A stretch of 64,000 nt of DNA, from assembly GCF_006345805.1 (NCBI RefSeq), contig NC_043022.1, positions 9,362,001 to 9,426,000 on the forward strand. The letters are read 5' to 3'. Under the pieces are notes generated by a model. The model worked only from the letters and a program-made list of their open reading frames with translations, did no database searches and was not told the DNA's origin. Position numbers and translations under genes: made by a program. Position 1 is the stretch's first letter, and each line of letters starts with the position of its first letter. This document shows, in pieces, positions 13,241-26,841 of this stretch. The stretch is from Octopus sinensis. Its lineage: Eukaryota.

Positions 13241-14798
13241 CGCTGGAGTGGCTGTGTGGTAAGTAGCTTGTTTACCAACCACATGGTTTTGGGTTCAGTT
13301 CCACAGCATAGCATCTTGGGCAAGTATCTTCTACTATAGCCTCGGTCTGACCAAAGCCTTGTGAGTGGATTTAGTAGACGGAAACTGAAAGAAGCCTGTC
13401 GTATATATGTATATGTATATGTGTGTGTGTGTATATGTTTGTATGTCTGTGTTTGTCCCTCTAGCATTGCTTGACAACCGATGCTGGTGTGTTTACGTCC
13501 CCGTCACTTAGCGGTTCGGCAAAAGAGACCGATAGAATAAGTACTGGGCTTACAAAGAATAAGTCCCGGGGTCGATTTGCCAATCGACTAAAGGTGGTGC
13601 TCCAGCATGGCCGCAGTCAAATGACTGAAACAAGTAAAAGAGTATATATGTATACGCAGGAGTGGCTGTGTGGTAAGTAGCTTGCTTACCAACCACATGG
13701 TTCTGGGTTCAGTCCCACTGCGTGGCATCTTGGGCAAGTGTCTTCTACTACATCCTCAGTCTGACCAAAGCCTTGCGAGTGGATTTGGTGAATGGAAACT
13801 GAAACTTGACAACCGATGCTGGTATGTTTACATCCCTATAACTTAGCAGTTCAGCAAAAGAGATCAATAGAATAAGTACTAGGCTTACAAAGAATAAGTT
13901 CTGGGGTCAGTTTGCTTGTCTAAAGGCGGTGCTCCAGCATGGTCGCAGTCAAATGACTGAAACAAACAGAGAAATAAAAGAATATATATGTATGTATATG
14001 TGCATGTATATGTACACACACACACACACCACACACACACACACAGTGGGATTCCACACAGTTTCTGTCTACCAAATGCACTTTTTAAATCTTTGGTCAG
14101 TCTGGAGCTAGAGTGAAAATATACAAAAAAAAAACAACCTTTCCTGAGATGTCGTGCAGTGGGACAGAACCTGAAACTATGTGGTTGGGAAGCAAACGCT
14201 TTTTACACCTGTACATGTGCATGTGTGTGTGTATGGAGCCATGGGGTCTTTGCATAGGTACCATCTGATCAGCTGTGACATTTTTTTTTGTTTTTGTTTT
14301 TTCATGTCCCACAATATTTTTCAAGCTGTTTCCACGTGTAAAGAAAGACTAAAGAAATAAAATATCACATTTGAAAAACGATTGAGGGTTGGTGGCAGGA
14401 GTCGAATGCATCCAACTAGAGAATGCCACTGCCTCATTAAGTCTCTTACCATCCATGCCAGCATAGAAAGAGTGAGCATAAAAACATGACAATGATGGAT
14501 GGTGATGATGATGAAGACGATGATGGCGACAATGTTAGTATCAGTAGTAGTGATGGCGGCAGCAGTAGCTGTAGAAGCAGCAGCAGCAGCCGTTCAAGAA
14601 TTTGGACCTGGAGATCTCCATTTCCAGCAACTTCGAGGGCCACCTCCCAGTGGTGTCAGGTGTCAACGAAGAGCCCTCAACTACAAGACAACCAAAATAT
14701 TTTTTTCCCAAGGTCTGGGGTCTCCCGCCCCTAAGCCCTTGACCATCACCTAATCACCCTTATCCGCCTTGTTGCTTAACAACAACAGCAGCAGCAGC

Positions 14799-14832
<34 letters not shown>

Positions 14833-15271
14833 ATGGTAATAGTAGTGATTGTAGTAGTACTGATTATGGTCATGGTAGTAGTAGAGTTGGTTGTGATTGT
14901 AGTGGTGGTAATGATCATGGCTATAGTTGTGGTGATTGCAGCACTAGTATTGGTGGTGGTGGTAGTCTGAATGCAAGTACCTGGTTGGCAGGTAGGACAA
15001 GACAACTGTGGATGATCAAAACACTAAAATCTTCATCGATCCTCATAAGGTCAACTGAATCAGGGCTGGCCAGGGGTTAAACAACCACAATGATATTATT
15101 TAGCAAGGTATGCCAGGAAGAGGTGAGGGGAAAAGGTGTGGGGGTCAGCAAATATGTAAACAAAATGACCTCCGCTCCCAATAGTTCACATCCTGTAAGC
15201 AAGACAGGAAGGACTGATTGAAGTGATAGCTTCCTGTTTACTTCATCTGATTCTGTCTGTATAGGTGCCTG

Positions 15272-15304
<33 letters not shown>

Positions 15305-15519
15305 ATATGCATGTAAATATGTGTGTTTTGGAGATGTTCATCTGAATTCTTTCAGTTTTCATTTATAGCTGCGGGCATGGCTAATGTAGTAAGAAGCTTG
15401 CTTCCTAACTACATGGTTCTGGGTTCAGTGGCACCTTGGGCAAATATCTTCAACTATAGCCTTGGGCCAACCAAGCCTTGTCAGCGCGTTTGGTAAATGG
15501 AAACCGAAAAAAGCCAGTC

Positions 15520-15556
<37 letters not shown>

Positions 15557-16239
15557 TAAATTAGAGATAAAACCACTATTAGGCAAATCAATCAGTGAAA
15601 AACATAAACCAAAACATAAAAATAAAAATAATTAATATAATATACAAAATATATAAAATTTTATAATTTAAATTATTTAAATTTAAAATTAAAATTATTA
15701 ATTTATATTTATAAATATATATATATATATATATATTTTCTCTTTTCTCTTTCTCTTTTGCTTGTTTCAGTCATTTGACTGCGGCCATGCTGGAGCACCG
15801 CCTTTTTTTTTAGTCGAGCAAATCGACCCCGGGACTTATTCTTTGTAAGCCCAGTACTTATTGTATCGGTCTCTTTTGCCAAACCGCTAAGTGACGGGGA
15901 CGTAAACACACCAGCATCGGTTGTCAAGCAATGCTAGGGGGACAAACACAGACATACAAACACATACACACACATACATATATATACATATATACGACGG
16001 GCTTCTTTCAGTTTCCGTCTACCAAATCCACTCACAAGGCATTGGTCGGCCCGGGGCTATAGCAGAAGACACTTGCCCAAGATGCCACGCAGTAGGACTG
16101 AACCCGGAACCATGTGGTTGGTTAGCAAGCTACTTACCACACAGCCACTCCTGCTATATATATAATATAATTAAAAAAATTTTTTTATTAAATATATAAC
16201 TATCAAAAAGTGTTAAAAAGTTTAATAATAAGATAAAAA

Positions 16240-16295
<56 letters not shown>

Positions 16296-16344
16296 ACATA
16301 TATATATATATATATATATAATATATATATATACATATATATAT

Positions 16345-16623
16345 AAGTGGTCTGATCAATAAGTATCTAGACTGTTGCCATAGTAATGAAGCTAAAGCAT
16401 GCTAAGTGAAGCTGCTTGACAGATTGGCCTTGAACTCTGTTGTGCATGTGCACTAAGTATTAAAGTTCTAGTTCACTTCCGCTGTTTACAGCAGTGCATA
16501 GACAGAAGGTGTGTAATGTGTGATTGCTGCATTGACCATGACAGAGAAAGTTGAGCAGAGAATCTGCATCAAATTTTGCCAACAGCTTGGTGATACCTGC
16601 TCAGAGGCCTATGCGGAGTTGCA
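16345..16623 (+). mobile_element. Mariner transposon 5' fragment (TIR plus transposase N-terminus)
   Basis: ATG at 16538 reads MTEKVEQRICIKFCQQLGDTCSEAYAEL, a typical mariner N-terminal helix-turn-helix start; truncated by a SINE fragment. Confidence 0.7.
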
Positions 16624-19600
16624 AGTGGCCGAGCATCGACAGACATGTGTACCCTTAACCTAATTCTCGGGGAAATTCAGCATGACACAGAATGTTACAA
16701 ACTTGGCTCTTTGAGAATTACAGATACTACTTATTTTTGCCAGGTGAGTGGACTGGAGCAATGTGAAGTAAAGTGTCTTGCTCAAGGGCACAACATGCTG
16801 CCAGGAATTGAACTCATGACCTTTTAATCATGAGCCAAATACCCCTAACCACTGAGCCACGCATCTTCACACATCGTTATTGTACGTATTGAATAAAGAC
16901 CCCTTCAGTCCTGAATGACCATGGGATTGCACCTAGGAAGTTCCCCTGTAAGGCACATGTCATGGCAAGGTTGTTTATGGAAAACCAGCAGTCGCCCATG
17001 CATATCAGCCTCCCCTCTCCATCTTTATCTTCCACCTAGCTTTTATAATGTGGAGTAACCATCTATCTCCTCTATAGCAAGACACCTAAGCTTGTCATGC
17101 TATCATATCTTAGCCTCTTAACACCTAGCATAAAGCCACCTCCTTCTCTCAAACACTCACCCTCCCTATTTAGCGGAGGTGGTTTTTGTTTTCGTTTTCC
17201 TTGTCTTGCAAGTTACACGGCAACCTCTCTAGTGCCGGCGTCACAAAAGAAAGCATCCAGTACACGCTTTACTCCTTTTACTCTTTTACTTGTTTCAGTC
17301 ATTTGACTGCGGCCATGCTGGAGCACTTCTTTTAGTCAAGCAAATCAACCCCGGGACTTATTCTTTGTAAGCCCAGTACTTATTCTATCGGTCTCTTTTG
17401 CTGAACCGCTAAGTGACAGGGACATAAACACACCAGCATCGGTTGTCAAGCAATACTAAAAGGACAAACACTGACACACAAACATATACACACTCACACA
17501 CACATATATATACATATATACGACAGGCTTCTTTCAGTTTCCGTCTACCAAATCCACTCACAAGGCTTTGGTCGGCCCGAGGCTATAGCAGAAGACACTT
17601 GCCCAAGATGCCACACAGTGGGTCTGAACCCGGGACCATGTGGTTGGTTAGCAAGCTACTTACCACAGAGCCACTCCTGTAAACTTGTTGGTATTAGGCA
17701 GGCTATTCAGCCATAGAAACCGTACCAAGGCTGACATGGGAGCTCAAGGCAGACCTGCAACCCACCAGATCCTGTGAGACTATCCAGCCCATGCCAACAT
17801 GGAAAATGAATATTCGTTTCACATTTTTGAAAAAGGCCAATGATTTCAGGTGGTGGGGAGGGTCAATCAATTACATTGACCCTAAAAGGATGAAAGGCAA
17901 AGTCGAAAGCCACTAAGCATTTTCCAACTTAGAAAATTAATATGGGTTGTGGGAGTGGGTAAGCTGATTACATTGTCCCCAGTGCTCAACTGGTACTTGT
18001 GTTATTGACCCTGAAAAGATGAAAAAGCAAAGTCAACTTTGCCAGACTTTGAACCCAGAACCTAAAGACCCACAAAATACCACTAAGCATTTTAGCACAG
18101 TATGCTAATGACTCTGCCACTACCAACACCAACACAACCACCAACACCACCAACACCACCAACACCACCACAGCCACCAAAACCACCACCACCACCACAA
18201 CCCCCACACCCACTCCCTACCTAAGCCTAATCCATATTAGAAACAACAGCTGGATATTTCACACAGTCTGGGGAGGATGGGATTTCCGCTTCACTGATTC
18301 ATTGTGATAAAAAGTCTCAGCTTAAGCAGTCTTTTCTTCTTCTTCTTCCGCCTCCTCTTCTTCTTCATCAGGTTCCATTACTCCTTCCTCTCTTCCTTTT
18401 CCTCCTCCTACACTTTCTTCATCTTCCTCCATTATTTCTTCCTCTTCATTTTCTGCCTCCTCCTCCTTTGTGCCATATATTTTGACTTTTCCACTTTATG
18501 TGGTTCTGGATAATCTGTCTGTAAATGTAGGCGATGTTGGTGGTTCTGTTTATGTGCATGTGTTATCTAGATAATATGCTTATGTTTGTGTATATGTTTG
18601 CATGCATAAATAACCTTACACACACACACACACTCACACAAACTGCTTCTGTCTATCTTTCTTTCTCTTTCCCCCCTTCCTCCTATATATCACCGCCATC
18701 ATTTAATGTGTTTACCGTGCTGGCATGGGTTGGACAGTTTGACAGGATCTCGCAAGATGCAGGGCTGCGTGAGCTCCAACATCGTTTTGGTTTCTGCAGC
18801 TGGATGCCTTTTTCTAACCCCAACCACTATAACATATTGCCAACCACTTTACAATGTGTTTGCATGCATGCACAGACAGACAGACAGATAGATAGATAGA
18901 TGGTAAGATAGATAGACAGACAGACAGATAGATAGATAGATAGATGGTAAGATAGATAGACAGACAGACAGATAGATAGACAGACAGACAGATAGATAGA
19001 TACTTCCATTGCGAGCTTATATGCCAGACTATTTTCTTCAGTCAATACAAAGTGATTGCTTATGAGCTTTAAGCTTATAAAATATTATTATTATTGTTTA
19101 GAGAATTGTAAAAATTAGCACCACTTACCAAATCATCACAGAAAACACACATGTTTGTTGGTGTGTATGTATGTATGTATATATGTGTATATATATATAT
19201 ATAATCATCATCATCATCATCGTTTAATGTCCGCTTTCCATGCTAGCATGGGTTGGGTGATTTGACTGAGGACTGGCGAACCAGATGGCTGCACCAGGCT
19301 CCAATCTGATCTGGCAGAGTTTCTACAGCTGGATGCCCTTCCTAACGTCAACCATTCTGAGAGTGTAGTGGGTGCTTTTATGTGCCACCGGCACGAGGGC
19401 CAGTCAGTCGGTACTGACAACAACCACGCTTGAATGTTTATTCACATGCCACCAGCACAAGTGCCAGTAAGGCGTCGCAGGTAACAATCACACTCGAATG
19501 GTGCTTTTTACGTGCCACCGGCACATATATATATATATATATATAGTTGAAATTTACAGAAAAACAAAAGACAAAGACAGGTGTATGAACAAGCAGGTGT

Positions 19601-19631
19601 ATTAATTTGATGCTCAGGAAAGTGAGAAAGT

Positions 19632-19667
19632 CTTTTACGTTTCAAGCCTGTGCTCTTCAACAGAAAG
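19632..19667 (-). ncRNA. Minimal hammerhead variant with core substitution
   Basis: CTTT-CTGTTGA-A-GAGC(ACAG)GCTT-GAAAC-GTA-AAAG: stem I CTTT/AAAG, stem II GAGC/GCTT, palindromic ACGT stem III, GUA triplet; A6 replaced by U. Confidence 0.55.
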
Positions 19668-19890
19668 TAATAAGAGAAAATAAACAGAGAGAGAATAAAA
19701 AAACTTGTGGATATGTGTGTGTATATATATAGGCCCGAAACATATGTACCGCTGAATCCTTGGCATCTGTCTAATAAAGGCCCAAAACATATGTACCGCT
19801 GAATCCTTGGCATCATGTTTTTATTTTGATCAATTTACTCCACCACCTACACCACCAAACGGTATACACAGGTGCTTATAATTACCCCGA

Positions 19891-19933
<43 letters not shown>

Positions 19934-20217
19934 CAACAATTGAGGGTAAAATTAATTAATTATTAATCAATTTCACCAAGTATTCGGTATGTAAAGGGAC
20001 CATTTAAGGCGAATTCAAATTATTACATTATATAAAAGGGCTTAGTAAAATAAATTACTTTGCCACATACTGAACTCATTAGAAATAGTAGCTAAAAAAA
20101 CTTTTTTAAAACTATTTCTAATACTTAAAGAAAATCTCTCTCATATAGTGTTTGCTCAATTCAACTCACGAAAGTATGGGGGTAAAGACATTAAAAAAAT
20201 CAAATGCAAAGGTTATT

Positions 20218-20269
20218 TGAGAACGTACGTTTCAAGATTAGTCAACTCGACATTTCTATCATCAGCTCA
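20218..20269 (-). ncRNA. Minimal type I hammerhead ribozyme motif
   Basis: TGAG-CTGATGA-TAGA...TCTT-GAA-AC-GTAC-GT-T-CTCA: stem I TGAG/CTCA, intact core, palindromic ACGTACGT stem III, GUU triplet; stem II closing pair mismatched. Lies in a ~520-bp element (19930-20453) bounded by (TA)n. Confidence 0.7.
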
Positions 20270-20451
20270 GAACTCCTTGGTTTGGATTTGAAAACACTGA
20301 AAGTGGGAGCTTTTGGCTTCTTATCGCTTCTGAAGATCTGCTCGAAACTAACAGTGCCAGCAAACCCAAAATATGCAAGCGAAGAATTTCTGCTCTCCCC
20401 TTTCCACCAGCGTGGGTTAAAATCAGTAAACACTATGCTTTTTCAATAAAT

Positions 20452-20486
<35 letters not shown>

Positions 20487-21844
20487 TTGCTATTATGCAA
20501 AAGTGTCGTAAGTCCAAAACGTTGCTTTTCAGAAAATGAAAGAAAATAGCTTCACCATTCCATTTCTTTTGACATTAGCAACAGTTTCAACTTAACAATA
20601 TTTTTTGGGGTGCATAAAATTGTAACTCCATGCATGTATGATATTTTCAGTCAGAAATATTTTGGCAAAACTGTCTTATGTGGGACTTGCTACACTTTTG
20701 GAAAATGCTAAACCGTTGTACTTCTACACTTTGACAGTTTTCATCTGAAGCAGCTGGAGATACGATAGTTAGACCTAAAGAACCAGGTATTGCAAGCAAA
20801 ATTAAATATTGAAAAAAGAATGCATTTGGCCAAATTTGGACATATGACAGTTTAACATAGTAGCAATGATATATATGTATGTCCAAGCTCCTCTCAAGTG
20901 TTGGGCCTCGGAGGCAATGACCAAGACCTTTGGCATTATGTTGTGCTTGAGAAGAAGATCAATCAAGCTGAGCAAAATCGCAGTCATGGCAGATACTGGT
21001 GTCATGCAAATGGCACCCATGCCGGTGGCACATAAAAGCACCCATTACACTGTCAGAGCAGTTGGCATTAGGAAGGGCATCCAGCTGTAGAAAACCATGT
21101 CAAATCAGACTGGAGACTTGTGCAGCCTTCCAGCATGCCAGCCCTTGTCAAACTGTCCAACCCATGCCAGCATGGACAACAAATGTTAAATGATGATGAT
21201 GATGATATATAGATAGATAGATAGTTATAGCTATAGATATATTTCAAATTATATCTTCAGCGAGTTAATTTTGGGATTCCTTAACGACAGTGTAACCTTC
21301 CTCTAATTAAGATATCTTCAGTTTTAAGAGTAGCTCAGTGAACACCCCTCATTGAGTAATTATTACATCAGAGAATCTGTGAGCTAGGAAACATATGTAG
21401 CCTGGATTTTACCTGCTTCATTCCCTCAGTTTGGATTTTTATTTGCATTCATAGCAACTCAAGTTGCTAACCGTGACCTATAAAAAAATCTTTTCAGCTT
21501 ATCAAACTTTGATATGGGAAAAGCCTACAACCTTCACCAATAAATTATTATTGCTCCATCAATGTTGTTTTTTTTTTATACCTACCACGGACTGCTTGAA
21601 GCTTACAAACTTCCTATACTTAGATCCTTGGATCTTATAATTACATACGTATATACAAACAGACAGACATACAGACAGATTAAAAGCACCCAGCACACTC
21701 TGTAAAATAGTTAGTGTTGGGAAGAGCATCCACTTACAGAAACCATGCCAGATCAGACTGGAGTCTGATGCAGCTCCCCAGCTTGCCAGCTCTGGTCAAA
21801 CTGACCAACCCATGCCAGCATGGACAATGGGCGCTAAATGATGA

Positions 21845-21899
<55 letters not shown>

Positions 21900-22124
21900 A
21901 TTTAATAATTAAAATATATGCATACATACATACATATATGTACGTACCTACATCTATATGTATATATACATGCATATATATATATATATATATATATATG
22001 AGTACAGGACACCACAAATAAACGTAGAACACAACGAGAAACCAAAACATAAAAACAAACTAGGAAACGGACTTTTTTTAACAACGAAAAAACAGAGTAC
22101 AAGAAAAACAATACAAGGAATATT

Positions 22125-22171
22125 CCCCTTCATCAGCTGTCCCTAGTTCGACTCAATGCATGTTTCGAAGG
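22125..22171 (-). ncRNA. Degenerate hammerhead-like motif, permuted (type II) order
   Basis: CCTTC-GAAAC-ATGC-ATT-GAGTC...GACAG-CTGATGA-AGGGG: GAAA precedes CTGATGA and the ends could form stem II; stem III looks CpG-decayed. Confidence 0.4.
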
Positions 22172-22899
22172 TAAGATATATGGATAGATAGATAAGATAG
22201 ATGCATATGTATATCAGCAGTGGTAGCAGGGTAATAATAATAATATTTTTTTCTACTCTAAGCACAAGGCCTGATATTTTGTGGGAGGGGGCCAGTTGAT
22301 TAGATCGACCCCAGTACGCAACTGGTACTTAATTTATTGACCCTGAAAGAATGAAAGGCAAAGTCAACCTCAAGAGAATTTGGACTCAGAACGTAAAGAC
22401 AGACGAAATACCGCTAACCATTTCACCCAGTGTGCTAACATTTCTGCCAGTTTGCCACCTTGTAATGCTAATTAATCTTAAACGAGCAATGAAAACTGCT
22501 AAATTTATGGCTGATAATTGGAAGAATTGATAATAAAAAGTTGAATGGCTGTTATATTGTAAATTCAGAATTCATATCTGTATGTGAAATGCCAAAGATG
22601 TCAGGTGGCAGCATAATTATAAGTTAATTTAAATGTAAGTAATTTAGATGTTGAGTTGGTGAGTTAAGATAATGTGTATATCATTAAATATTATTGGCTT
22701 TAATATAATTATATTACGGTGTTCTTAACTTATATAGCTCTAGGTAGGAATAGAATATATATACACACATACACACATGCCCCATGTCTCAATCAATTAG
22801 TAATTATAATTATGATAAGAAAGTATTTTGTAAGTTTTTGAAATATGGCCAGGTGTATGTATGTGTATATACATACACACACATACATACATAGTATCA

Positions 22900-22931
<32 letters not shown>

Positions 22932-23730
22932 ATGCTCATATTGAGTGGTATGTATACATATATACCTGTGTGTATGACAGCTCTACTTCTTTTATTTCTT
23001 TACTTGTTTCAGTCATTAGACTGTGGCCATGCTGGGGCACTGTCTTGCAGAACTTTAGCTGAAAAAAATTGACCCCAACACCTATTTTTTTTCTTCTAAG
23101 GCCTGTTACTTATTTTATCAGTTTCTTTTGCTGAACTTGTTTACAAGTAAAGTGATACTTCCCAATGTCCAGACATGTTTCTGCACAATATTGGTAGTGA
23201 AGGACACTGCTTGCATGACAGTGACACTCATTTACAACCATCATGCAATGTAAAAGACAAGGATACACAGACACACACATTCACACAAAAACACATACAT
23301 TTACACAAACACACACACAAACACATGCATACATTCTCATACAAACACACAGACACACATATACAAACAAACACACATTCACACAAAAACACATACATTT
23401 ACACAAACACACACACACACACACACAAACTCATGCATACATTCTCATACATACACACAGACACACATATACAAACAAACAAACATTCACGCAAAAACAC
23501 ATACATTTACACACACACACACAAACTCATGCATACATTCTCATACAAACACACAGACACACATATACAAACAAACAAACACACACACACGCATAACGTT
23601 GTGATGTCGGTCACTTGCACACCATGGAAACCAGACGACTGACCCTATGAGTCCCAGGACTCAAGACAGTTCTTATTTTTTTTTCATAACAGAAGCTAAT
23701 CTAACCTCATTTCTCTCCGTATATTTCCAG

Positions 23731-23930
23731 AAATTGATGCCCGTGCTCTGCTCAAAGAAGTCATTGCCCAAGTACACGAAGTCTGCCTACTGATGCAAGG
23801 TAGCTTACCGAAATTCAAAGTGCCTGATTGTAATTATAGAGTCAGTGTGTCGGCTATTCGGAACTTCCGGCGGAAGATGGAAGACCGACACATCGTTCTT
23901 CCCGATCTAAATAGTCTTTTTGCCTTAAAA
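23731..23930 (+). CDS. PPM1E: PPM1E/F exon, start of PP2C catalytic domain
   Basis: TTTCCAG acceptor, GTACGT donor. Encodes EIDARALLKEV...VSAIRNFRRKMEDRHIVLPDLNSLFALK (PP2C motif 1; human PPM1F AIRNTRRKMEDRH). Confidence 0.95.
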
Positions 23931-24439
23931 GTACGTAAACGTTTTTTTTTACTTTTTGACTCTGTCTATTATTGTTACATACATCACCGTTGTTGTCGGC
24001 GTCATCATAAGTATAGTCATGATCAAAAATATAATCATGATCAAAATCATCATCATCATCATGAACCTCACCATCATTGTTTATGTCATCGTCACCACTA
24101 TTCTCATCATCATCATTAACATCATCATTATAATTATCTCAACATTGTCATCAATACCACCATTTTGATCATCATCACCATTATACCCTTCGCCACCATC
24201 ATCCCCATCACCACCACTGTCCTATTCACCATCATCATCCTCATCATTACCATTGCCACCATCACCATCATCTCCATCACTACCATTGCCACCATCATCC
24301 CCATCATCACTGCCATTGTCCCCCCTCACTGCCATCACTACCATTGCTTCCATCATCCCCATCACTTCCATCGCCCCATCACTACTATCACTACTATTGC
24401 CTCCATCACTACCTTCAAAACCACTGCCACCATCGTCCC

Positions 24440-24719
24440 CATCACCACCACCATCGTCCCATCCTCACCACCATCGTCCCATCCTCACCACCATCATCCC
24501 ATCCTCACCCCATCATCCCATCCTCACCACCATCGTCCCATCCTCACCACCACTGTCCCATCCTCACCTCCATGTCTCATCCTCACCACCATCATCCCAT
24601 CCTCACCACCATCGTACCATCCTCACCATCATTGCCCCATCCTCACCACCATCGTCCCATCCTCACCACCATCGTCCCATCCTCACCACCATCACCCCAT
24701 CCTCACCACCACCACCATC
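24440..24719. repeat. 20-bp minisatellite (CCATCCTCACCACCATCGTC)n
   Basis: About a dozen diverged tandem units within a longer (CAT/CAC)n tract starting ~24040. Confidence 0.85.
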
Positions 24720-24745
24720 TGATCTTGTATTATTATTTGTTGCAG

Positions 24746-24934
24746 GGTTACCCTAACCAGTCCTACTATGCTGTTTATGATGGTCACTCTGGTGTGGAGG
24801 CAGCTGTTTATACAATGACCCATCTGCACTGCAACATGGTTCACAACCCATATTTCTCCTCCGATGCCCCATGTGCCCTTAAATACAGTTACAAACTCAC
24901 CGACAAACATTTCCTGGAAAAATCTAAACGAGAG
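24746..24934 (+). CDS. PPM1E: PPM1E/F exon, metal-binding DGH motif
   Basis: TTGCAG acceptor, GTAAAA donor, 63 codons in phase 0: GYPNQSYYAVYDGHSGVEAA...TDKHFLEKSKRE. Confidence 0.95.
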
Positions 24935-26190
24935 GTAAAATATATTCTTTTACTTGTTTTAGTCATTTGACTGCAGCCATGCTGGAGCACTGCCTTAAAG
25001 GGTTTTGGTCAAAGAAATCAACCCTAGGATCTATTCTTTGTAAGCCTAGTGTTTATTCTATTGGACTCTTTTGCTGAACTGCTAAGTTACAGGGACATAA
25101 ACACACCAGCATCGGTTGTCAAACAATGGCAGGGGTAACATACACATAGACATATATATATAATATATATACTCTTTTACTTGTTTCAGTCATTTGGCTG
25201 CGGCCATGCTGGAGCACCGCCTTTAGCCGAGCAAATCGACCCTGGGACTTATTCTTTGTAAGCCTAGTACTTATTCTATCGGTCTCCTTTGTCGAACCGC
25301 TAAGTTACGGGGACGTAAACACACCAGCATCAGTTGTCAAGCGATGTTGGGGGAACAAACACAGACACACAAACATGTACACACACATACATATATAAGA
25401 CGGGCTTCTTTCAGTTTCCATCTACCAAATCCACTCACAAGGCTTTGGTCAGCTCGAGGCTATAGTCGAAGACACTTGCCCAAAGTGTCACGCAGTGGGA
25501 CTGAACCCGGAACTATGTGGTTGGTAAGCAAGCTACTTACCACACAGCCACTCCTGCGCCTACATATATATATATATGTATATATACGATGGGCTTTCAG
25601 TTTCCATCTACCAAATCCACTCACAAGGTTTTGGTCGGCTTGAGGCTATAATAGAAGACACTTATCCAAGGGACCATGCAGTGGGATTGAACCTGGAACC
25701 ATGTGTGTGTGTGTGTGTGTGTAAAAAAATGTGTACCATATCTGATGTCATGTAAGATATGCTTTTTGTCTCAAAAAATCATCCCAGGTCCTGTATGCGA
25801 AGTTGGGCCTCCCATAAGGTTTACTGTGGAGGACGGGTGAGTGAGCAGAAGGGAGAGGGAGTGACATCATGAAGGGACCAGAAGAGTGAAGGATAACAAG
25901 AGGTCATTCAGGAAGCAACAGGTTAAAGATGGCCTCCTGCTTATGGGGTCTGTGGCAGGGTCAAGTGTGCAGGGAGTGGTTGTAGTGTAATAGCTGTGAG
26001 GCTGGTTTTCCTCGTGATCTGACACATGGAGGGATTGCCGCCAATTGTAATTTGAGGTAAGAGCAACTTTAATTCGTGCCTTACAATAACATCTACTGCA
26101 CGAAAGACTCTTGAAAATGCACTGCTAAAATTGGGGTGGGTCTAATATGCTTGCGTATATCTATTATGTCATCAAATACAGTGTGTATGC

Positions 26191-26223
<33 letters not shown>

Positions 26224-26750
26224 TAAGGGAGCAAGTGGGATGTATATATGAAGAGTGATTTAGAGAGAAAGAGAGCAATTCTTACGTTCTAACATCACTT
26301 TTATTGTTCTAAATTTGTTTGTATGTCAACCTGATTGTGTGGGTGTGTATATATGAGGGTACAACTGTTTAGACAACATGTGTATATATATACATCACGT
26401 GATCACGTGACCGACCAGACCATCAGATGTTGTTACACATCGCTGGTCACAATGCGCTTCACATTGTTTTTTTTTAGCTTTTGAATGACGCCACCCCGCT
26501 GGCTAAGCGAGCAGGCCAACAGAAGAAAGAGAGAAAGAGCGATGAAAGAGTACATCAGGGATCACCACCCCCTGCCGGAGCCTCGTGGAGCTTTTAGGTG
26601 TTTTCGCTCAATAAACACACACAACGCCCGGTCTGGGAATCGAAACTGCAATCCTATGACCGCGAGTCCGCTGCCCTAACCACTGGGCCATTGCGCCTCC
26701 ATATATATATACATATCATATAAAATCAAAAACAGAACACAAAGGATGTA

Positions 26751-26841
26751 GCGGTACACGTGTTTCAAGCTTTATAAACGACCTGTTCTTTCATCAGCGT
26801 ATAATAGATATAAAAGATGGTTTAAAGCTCTCTTCAGCCGC
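26751..26841 (-). ncRNA. Type I hammerhead ribozyme, apparently intact
   Basis: GCGG-CTGAAGA-GAGCTTTA(long insert)TAAAGCTT-GAA-AC-ACGT-GT-A-CCGC: full CUGANGA/GAAA/NUH core, stem I GCGG/CCGC, 8-bp stem II, palindromic stem III; predicted cleavage between 26755 and 26754. Confidence 0.8.
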
